From contig CM082596.2 in the NCBI GenBank assembly GCA_040954595.2, positions 718,736 to 782,735 of the forward strand: DNA of 64,000 nucleotides, in the 5' to 3' direction. The notes under the pieces were generated by a model. That model did no database searches, was not told where the DNA came from, and saw only the letters and a program-made list of their open reading frames with translations. Source of the stretch: Balanoglossus misakiensis. Lineage: Eukaryota > Animalia > Hemichordata. Positions 55,645 through 64,000 of the stretch are shown in pieces. The position numbers and the translations under genes were made by a program. The stretch's first letter is position 1; every line of letters begins with the position of its first letter.

Positions 55645-56154
55645 TCAAGGTTTCTTGTTGTAGTCATACATGTCTTTCCTAAACCTTTCCGGTTGGTAGT
55701 CGCCAATGGTAGCATCTCGCATTCTCCTTCGACTCTTCATAGCTTCCACTCGCTTCTTGTCAATAGTCCTTTTTGATAATATGAATGTGGTCACTGCAGC
55801 CGTGATAGCACAAGACCTGTAAAATTTAAACCTGTTAGAAAAGTTCACCAATCCCTTACAAGTTACATCACCACTTTCTTGTTTGCCAAATCGATATTAT
55901 GACCCTCCCGCTCTAAGATTAGTAACTGTGGGACTCAACACTATTTCCTATTGCTATACCTTGGCACGGTCACGGTGACCGTGACCTTGGATATACTAGT
56001 AGCCACGGTACCCCATGTCACAGACCTGGCAGGTCAAAGAGGGAGACACATACGTAAAAAAACAGAATATTTAAGAGGAAGGCTCTCTCCTCCCCCGTAA
56101 AGGAAGTACTCACCATCCAATCGCAATTTTCGCATTTCTACTCATCGGTGCCAT
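55645..56154 (-). CDS. 70-aa single-pass membrane microprotein, DUF4748-like; exons 56154-56114, 55816-55645
   Basis: Spliced product MAPMSRNAKIAIGW|SCAITAAVTTFILSKRTIDKKRVEAMKSRRRMRDATIGDYQPERFRKDMYDYNKKP*. The junction TG|GTGAG...TTTACAG|G has matching phase 2. The pattern GW-hydrophobic helix-(S/A)K-x-x-I-D-x-x-R-x-E recalls DUF4748. Confidence 0.75.
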
Positions 56155-56865
56155 ATTTCCCAGTTGCCCAGGTAACAGAAATTAGCTTAAAAACGTGGGG
56201 TTACGTGGTAGTGGTTCACAGCAGGTCACGACCCCTTGCTCCCTCTATTGGTGACCTTTGGTGACTACATCTTTCTTCTCTTTTCTGTTGAAATCTTTAT
56301 TTATATATATTATATATACAGATTCGGTTATTAAAGGTACAGTTTAGCAAATTAAATTTGCTATTTTGTGAAACTTTGCCTAAAATGGACCTCATGAATG
56401 AACATAGAGTTAAATCAGTCACTGACCTTACCCATAATGCTCGGCGATATACGATATGGCGGCTACCGTAAAGGTGTAGTTTCGTAGTATAGGTGACTTG
56501 CAAATTTTGTCCGTTTTATTATTTTTGGGCCAGAAATATAGCAGGTTAGTACTCCTCCATTGCGTCTCTGTCTGAAAAAGTGATTTCACAACTGAGAGCA
56601 GTATTTTGATTGCATGTCGCTTGTTTACATATGTCGTAAACACGTGTTCATTGCGTCCGTAGCAGACGCCAATATTTTGCCGTCTGCAAGACGAACCCCG
56701 GTATTTTGTCGTCTGCAAACAACAGACGGCAAAATTGAGACGTTGTGATTGAATTTGGGACAGAGAACTATACAAACCGAAGTTAAACTCGTATTCTTAT
56801 TCGTGTTCAGGTTTGTAGTCGTATTGAGGTCATCAACACTACGGAAGGGTGTCACATTTTTACAA
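56155..56865. promoter_or_regulatory. Bidirectional promoter region between the DUF4748-like gene and AAMP, with a consensus X-box
   Basis: Divergent ATGs at 56154 (-) and 56866 (+). GTTGCCCAGGTAAC at 56163-56176 fits the RFX consensus GTNRCC-N(0-3)-RGYAAC. The region is CpG-richer than the flanking gene bodies. Confidence 0.55.
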
Positions 56866-59800
56866 ATGGACGACAACAGTGATCCAAGAAACATTGAAGA
56901 AAGTGAAGAGATCAATGAAGATGACATTGTTGAAGTGATAGAACTTGATGATAATGAAGAAAACAGTAAGTTCATGATCATCTCTCTTCTTTTCTAAATA
57001 AATGAATAAATAAACAAGAGTTGATGTTAACCTAGAATACAGTTTGTTGATAGTTATCTCAAGATGCAGTATGCATCTGTGTGTATGGGTCTTCAAGTCA
57101 AACATCGTGTCATTGATGTAATCTGAGTTACCACACACAAATCACATCATTGTCATAAATATGTTTGGCATTGAAACAGTTTTTACATACTACATAATAA
57201 GTAGGAACTATTGATTCACTGCCAATACCATAGAACTACCGATATGTTACAGACAATACATTGATGCAATGTAACATTACAGTTTTAAGACAATTACATT
57301 GATAATTTTATCAGACAACAATACTGGAAGATAACAGATCATGTTTAATTTTCCAGATGTAGAGAATGTGGCAGAAGAAATGGCCGATGTCGACTTTGAG
57401 TACTATGGTGATGGTGATGACGATGATGGTGGTGATGATGATGCAATGGCAGAGATGGAAGACTTGCCCGATGATGCCGAGGTCTGCTTTAAAGGACACA
57501 CAGGTTGGTTTTTATCAAAGACTCTGTTATCGGTGGATTCACTTCTATCAGTCAGTGTCACACATTGAAACAAGTAGCAACACATCTATAATATCTCTTA
57601 TCAATCAAACTATATTTGATCTGTATTCATGAGTGTTTGTGTTTATGCAGCATCTCTGTTTTCCTGTGATGTGGATCCGAAAACAAGTAATATGGTTGTG
57701 ACTGGTGGTGAAGATGACCGTGCATTTGTTTGGAGTTTAGCTGATGGTCAAAATCTCTTCCAGTGTACAGGTGAGTTCACAGTGTCTGTCACATCAAGTA
57801 CAAGTTCATGTTTGTGTTATAGGTGTCTACAATACAGTATGTCCTTTTATTTGCTGAGCAAGATTTCTGAATCATAACTCTCTAATTTCTCCAGGTCACA
57901 AGGATTCAGTGACGTGTGTCTGTTTCAGCCATGATTCAAGCATGGTTGCCACTGGCGACATGAGTGGGCTCATCAAAGTTTGGAACGTGGAAACCAAGAC
58001 AGAGATATGGTCCTTTGAGTGTGAAGATTTGGAGGTGAGCAAAAAAGAATAGTCGTAACAACAGTGCTAACATGAAATATACCAGAGTGGTACTAGTATT
58101 TCGCACAATATGTGCATATATACGGACCATAGGAATCTAAACGTTAGTTCTTACTATACAATATATTATGGTCTCCTCCTTCTTGACAGTGGGTGGCATG
58201 GCATAACAGTGCACATGTTCTTCTTGCTGGGTCAGCTGATGGTGACATCTGGATGTGGAAGATTCCAACTGGAGACTGTAAGACATTGCAGGGTCCAAGA
58301 TGTCAGACCACCACAGGAAAACTCCTTCCAGATGGTAAGTTTGAACTTAGTTTGATCAGAACCTGGGATATCAGTAAGTGAGTGAGTTTATTGGATGACT
58401 TCTCATTAGAACTAATCGCCACTTAAAAAGTCACCAGCCAACAAATCTGTGATTTTCATCACAGAACAGACAATTTCTAAATATATACTTCTTCACTTGA
58501 AACTTTTTTTCCCAGGAAAGAGATGTTGTGCAGGTTATGAGGATGGTTCAATAAGGATATGGGATCTGAAAGAAACTTCTGTTCTACAAACGTTTTCTGG
58601 TATGTTCTGTCAGCTTTCTTGTCTTGCCATTTTAAATAAGCAGACTTGATCTTACATTTGTGTACCAAAAGGATGTTTATCACTACAAATTTGAATCCTT
58701 CACAATTAGTATAGCAATGTCCCAGGTGGTGATCACCTATCAATGGTATATTCAGTGGTGTGTTGCTTACAGATAATCCATTTGAAACCCTCGTCACTGA
58801 CCTGCCACTTGCGAAATTGCTTGGGTGAGGTGACGAGCGCCCTCAACAGTTGGGTCCATTTATTCTGTCTTCTTCAGTTTATCCAGTATTATCATTTCAC
58901 TTTTATCTTTCATCTCAAGGTCATACAGGTCATGATGGTGGCATTACTTCACTTGATTGCCATAGTGACGGATCACTGGTGATCTCTGGATCAACAGACA
59001 GCACAGCAAAGTTACTGAACAGTACCAACGGAAAGGTAAATAATGTTTCCATTCCCCTGGAAAACTTGCTTTTCAGAAGAAGTTGAGTACATGTACATAG
59101 AAGAGAGTACAGAAGTATTAGTTAGTTTCACAATTCCTGATCAGTAAGCAAACAGAACCTTTCTTATTTATCATGGATCTATATTTTCGCACCTAGGTAA
59201 TCGCAACTTTCCCAGCAGGCCCGGCAGCCAGTGAAGATGAGTCAAATTCTGTTGAAGCTGTTGCATTTAGTAAAAGGTGTGTTAAACTTGTAAGAGTTTT
59301 AGAGTTGCAAACTTTGATATTGATGTAATCCTGTCTAATTTCAATTGCCTGTTTTTGTTGTTTCAATAATAATTTGATTGTCTCTTCACAGTCAGTCCCT
59401 GGCTGCTGTGGGTTCATTGAATGGTATAGTTGGACTCTGGGATATACCCACACAAATCCAGAGGAACCAGTGTAAGCATGAGGTATGCAATCTTTACAGC
59501 CACTTTGTACAAATCATTATGATAAGTGTTGACAGTTCTGTCAACAACTACCCACCTGTAGCACTACTTGTAGCAAATGGTCCAAATCCATTGTTTTCTA
59601 TGGGAAGGTTGGACTTCTGTTGAGGGAACTCAGGGTGAATGGGTTAATTGAGTTGTACAGTAACATATGCCACTAACTTCATACTTTTCAGGCTGGTATT
59701 GTGAGAGTCCAGTGGGATGCAACCAATCCATTGATATACACTTGTTGCCTTGATGGGGTGGTCAGGCTATGGGATGGCAGATCTGGCCAAGTGGTTTCCA

Positions 59801-60183
59801 AGTGGATCGGTCACATGGGTGAAATTCTAGACATGGCAATCACCAAGTAAGACATCTGTTGTTGTCTATTCATATACTAGGAAGTGGGTGCATAGACTGT
59901 CAAGCCATATTTGCATTTTATCTCTGAACTATAGCTGTGAATGTGTGATATCTGAACGATGGAGAAGACAAACTACAGAAATCTACCTACATCTCTTGCC
60001 TACTGGTGTATCATCAAGGCAACAGATGTGTGCTGTTGCCCTTATGGCCATCAATACCGGTACATTGTATGTGACAGTGCATGTCTTTGTTGATGTTTTC
60101 CTTGTAGGGATGGTAACCACATAGTGACTGCATCAGGAGACAAAACTGCCAGAGTATTTGCTGTCAACAAACCAGACAGGTGA
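56866..60183 (+). CDS. AAMP: Angio-associated migratory cell protein (WD40; Sqt1-like uL16 chaperone); exons 56866-56965, 57357-57503, 57651-57770, 57895-58034, 58190-58334, 58516-58599, 58920-59035, 59197-59276, 59392-59482, 59692-59846, 60108-60183
   Basis: Acidic N-terminus ([12 protein letters not shown]), then [30 protein letters not shown]...[50 protein letters not shown] and NSVEAVAFS. It ends [16 protein letters not shown], like human AAMP ...RPDR*. All introns are GT-AG and phase-compatible. Confidence 0.95.
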
Positions 60184-61593
60184 AGACCCTTCCCCCACCA
60201 AAGTCAACAGAACAGATTTTAAACCAGTTTTCTCTCCCGGATTCATCTCGTCTCAGTGGAATGTCACTTTTAACACTCCTGGAGTATGTGTAAAACTGAT
60301 ATTTACTTTCAGAAATTCTTAGAATACTAATTACCAAACATTGTGAATTACTGGTATCATAATCATGTAAGACCATCGTGTCTGTCCTGGAATTTTGATT
60401 GATTCTGATCATTTGAACCATGGGTCATGAGTGAAGGACCTATAAGCTTTTTGATAATTCATTGTTGCCCATATGTTTGCAGGTACATTTGTTGAAGTTC
60501 CAATAAATCAAAAATACATATACGTATTTTCATACCACTCATCAAGAAATTTTGTTTTTATTTTGTTGTTCGTTATTTTTTGTTCATATATGGGCAGATA
60601 AGTTTTAGTGAAAGTGAAATGAGTTTTGCAAAGGTGAGCATGCAATGAGCAAGATGATTAGGTAAACACATGGAACTGTTGAATCTGAACTATGTTTGTA
60701 TATACTCAAGTTTGCAGACAAAGAAGAGCAGGTGAAGAGAAAACTAACAGATAAGGCAGAACTTAGCAAAATGAAAGGCAGGAAGTGTGAGGTCAACTTT
60801 TCTCCCATAATGAAGTTCAGTATCCTGGGATTTGGACCCCTTAGTGAGGAGTACAAAGGTAATTAAGGTAGAGAGGCATGTGAATAAGATAGTTCTAGTA
60901 CGTGAGGGCAGAGAGTGTAAGGTTGGTCAATGGTTTGTTTTAAATGAAATAACTCGGTTCTGAAACAGAGTTTTAATAAAAACATTACATTGAACAGGGT
61001 GTCTGTACAGAGCATTCTGAAGTTATGAACAACTTGTGCAGTAAAGTGTATGGTACAATAATGTGATACATATGTATACAAGTTATTAAAAATGATTGAA
61101 AATGTTTCAAGAAATCAATATACCCCTGTGAACTTGCCTTGCAAGACAGCGTCCAAGTGACATCATAGGTCAGCAGGGGTTCAATTTGCCAAGGGTTAGT
61201 AACTGCTCTCAAAAAACTATGAAAGTAAGACAAAATAGTGCATGGGTTTAGCATTTAATACATTCTGAAAAAAGTCAAAATAAACAAATTATTGAGGTGA
61301 ATATAACAATGATATGAAAATTGCCCTGGCTTCAGTATATCAAGGGGAACAATTTATTTCAACTTTCAATCCGCCCACGTTTTGCTGTTGAAGTTGGCAC
61401 CATCACCTGTATTTTTATGGACAACTGGTTTGATCATTTCCACCGTTGGCTGCGCTCATGCTTGTTATTGCGCACCCAGCGGTAGAAATAGACCAGGGAG
61501 ACGCAACTGAGCAGTGGAGATCGCGTGTGTACTTTTACGGATGAAATGTAAAGCGAGGATGTGGCTGATGAAGTAATATGTAAACTTAAATTC

Positions 61594-62446
61594 TTAATAC
61601 GGAAAAAAGACATAGTACAATGAAAATGATGCAAATGCCACGAGATATAAGGAGTGACAGCGTGTATATGCAGCTTCGTTTGGATCTTGAGTGGGTTGGC
61701 CGTTCTCAAATGGGTCGATACTAAAAGTAGAATTTTCCAAGTTGCGGTCACAGATACTCTGGAACTGAACATTGCCGGGTAGAGTGTCCATATTGGTGGT
61801 TGGATCTGTGTCAATAAAGTCTTCGATCACTTCTCCCAGTGTTGATGTGATCCTCAAGTGGAATGGTACATTGATTCTGCGCATGTCTGGATCCTTCTTG
61901 AAATTGTGGTTCTTGGTTCGCACATATTCCGTCCAATCCCTGGTGTCTCCTTCTTCTGCCGGTTTTAGAGACATGGATTGCACACCGTGGACGTGACCGA
62001 TCGGTTTTATAGCCCACCAGTTACCTCCTGTATCGGGAAACTTGAAATTATACCTGTGCAAAATTAGACAGAATGTACAATTTACGTCCATGATCATAGG
62101 TGACCGTGGTCAAAATGCACGTGCAGTGGGATGGGATGGCAGTACATGTTCTTCGGATTTTTTCCAAGTTAAAATAAAAGCTTAATAAAAGAAACAGTAA
62201 ACGCAGTCACTTCTTTATAAACTCGGGTTGATTTATTAAAGATACTCACTTTATATTTTCAGTCTTTTCGCACTCCACAAGTCTCCATGTTATCGTTCGT
62301 CTCCCTACTTCCACAGGATAGAGCAAAGCAAATGCATCTAAGCTGAGATCGATGTTATGTTCTGGACATTCGGGACAGGAATCTATGACCTTCACTGTGA
62401 TTTTGACATTGTTTTCGTTGGTGATCTCCACACATTGTCCACAAAG
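61594..62446 (-). CDS. Expansin-like protein (EXLX/YoaJ type: DPBB domain + CBM63-like domain + hydrophobic tail), 5'-partial; exons 62446-62250, 62053-61594
   Basis: D1: LCGQCVEIT...ITVKVIDSCPECPEHNIDLSLDAFALL...GRRTITWRLVEC. A phase-2 GT-AG intron (AA|GTGAG...CACAG|G) joins it to D2: YNFK...GGNWWAIKP...W...RT..HNF...PFHLRITSTLGEVIEDFI...PGNVQF. The upstream exon(s) with the signal peptide and the start of D1 were not found and probably lie beyond the window. Confidence 0.85.
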
Positions 62447-62526
62447 CTGGAAGAAAAGATTACTTGGTGAGATATCTAGTAACTTTACGGTATGTTCATT
62501 ATATTCTCTTCCATACACTGCATTTT

Positions 62527-62675
62527 ATAAAGGTGATATGCGCCTCGAAAAACTTAGACCCTTTTCTCGTATTTTGACCAATACAAGTGCGAGGGTCATT
62601 GTGCGTTCGAGACAACGCTTCCAACTGTCTGCCAATCTCAGAGTTAATTCTCCCTGAGGCGCATACCACCTTTAT
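62527..62675. mobile_element. 149-bp MITE / non-autonomous DNA transposon with 20-bp terminal inverted repeats
   Basis: The left end ATAAAGGTGATATGCGCCTC (62527-62546) matches the reverse complement of the right end, ATAAAGGTGGTATGCGCCTC (62656-62675), at 19/20. The outer 4 bp resemble a degenerate TTAA target. A related end, TTAAAGTAGTCATGCGCCTCGGGGA, is at about 30790. Confidence 0.75.
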
Positions 62676-64000
62676 TCTGTGCCCCAAGTGTCAGAAGTGC
62701 GCGCGTGGAAAATAATTATTGCCACTGGTATTTTGATATAGTAAAATATCAAAACGCCGACAGGCAGTGTGCTTGCGTCATTGAATCACATCTTCCTTGA
62801 AAGCTCATGCAAGGAAAGTGTAAATCGACCTTTTTATATGGCTGCATTCAAATGTCAGTATTTATGCCGACACAGAATGAACAAGCGCGTCGAGGAGATG
62901 ATGGCCTTGCAAGAAAAGGCAACTAGCATGTCAACACATAACAGGTTTCCTCATATCCTTACTGAAGCTGTATGGAGGATGATTGCATGCATGCATCCAC
63001 ACTCGGAAACAATATTTCCAGCGGCGAGCGCTGTATAGTTTGAAGCAACCTGAGAGTGACTAAGGTCACGCCTCATCAAACTTTTGATTTCATCCAAGGA
63101 AGCGTAACATATTCGGTTATAAACTTTGTTCCAAAGCTCAAAGGGCATATCTAGGACATTTTCTGTTTGTAAACCACGAGGGAAGATTCTTTCTGTCACC
63201 GTGAGTGACTGTAATGCCATTATGTCACTGGTTTATGGGTTTTGTTATCATCAATATGTTCTGATAAACGGTCCGTCATAATTCATACTTGAAAGTCAGT
63301 TGACAGTCTGTGCCAATCAAAGTATGTTCAATTGCTCTTGAAATGCTACAGCATTCTTTATCTCTCGGTTGGTTTTGTTCAAAGTGTCTTCTTTGACTAA
63401 ATAAGGTTGAATGACAGTTGCCTTTCAAGTACTGGGGGATGTCGGGTTTGTTTCCACACTACGAAGTCACGCCAACAACAATATGGCACTCAAATAATTG
63501 AAATGAAGATAATGAATGCGGTTATTGATGTGCTAGCTTTGGAATTGGAAGTTGCCATGACATTAGCACGATTTGAACGTTTCTTTGAACACGCGATATT
63601 CACCCAATACATCAAAATGTCGGGTCAATTATGGTTTGTTTGTTGTGAACTTTTAAAGTGGCGATTTTTCGTTCCCTCGAACACCAGTGGGAGCAAATCC
63701 CATCTCTCTACAGAATTCAGCTATATCGATCACCATACTTGTCAGTCATGAATCGTAATGTTCCAACACCTTCACACAACTTCTGTACATGTTTTTGGCT
63801 CAATATACATGTAAACCACATTCCACCAGGATTTCTACAAATTAAGACCCATTACTGCTGCAGTCGTGGGCTTGAATGGAAACCGATGATGAATTTTAAT
63901 GCAAGCATTTTTCTTTGTGTGGGACTATTTATCAAGTCCGACAAATACAATCTGCCTCATTGAGTTTCAAAAAACATCAAATCGCGTTCTGCCTTGCGTT

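Noticed and set aside
55968-55986. Hairpin GGTCACGG-TGA-CCGTGACC in the microprotein intron, considered as a snoRNA or miRNA
   Set aside because: Only an 8-bp stem, with no convincing C/D or H/ACA box arrangement or long precursor stem.
62700-64000. Searched for the missing 5' exon(s) of the expansin, including a hydrophobic minus-strand stretch near 63558-63490
   Set aside because: Candidate frames hit stops or lack a phase-0 donor and the expected N-terminal T-x-Y/GACG-type motifs. The exons probably lie outside the window.

Overview
Eukaryotic (animal) genomic DNA with GT-AG spliceosomal introns. It is most likely an invertebrate deuterostome such as a hemichordate or echinoderm relative; this is inferred from the peptide and gene repertoire, not proven. 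Layout: (1) 1-12396 is an 88-bp satellite array of about 140 copies that runs off the left edge and explains all the repetitive ORFs there. (2) About 850 bp beyond it is a 90-aa CCK/gastrin/sulfakinin-type neuropeptide precursor (- strand). (3) About 15.7 kb has no supportable coding sequence. (4) WDR86 (+, 4 exons). (5) Two tandem 4-exon ST8Sia-like alpha-2,8-sialyltransferase paralogs (-), both lacking the canonical catalytic His of sialylmotif VS. (6) A compact housekeeping block with two head-to-head pairs: RAB3GAP1(-)/BCDIN3D(+) and a 70-aa DUF4748-like microprotein(-)/AAMP(+). (7) The last two coding exons of an intron-containing, two-domain microbial-type expansin (EXLX/YoaJ-like) with a probable GPI-anchor tail (-), plus a small MITE in its intron. 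The most interesting items are the animal expansin, the catalytically remodelled sialyltransferase pair, and the CCK-type precursor with one non-amidated peptide. Exon boundaries were read by hand, and family assignments come from recalled motifs rather than database searches.
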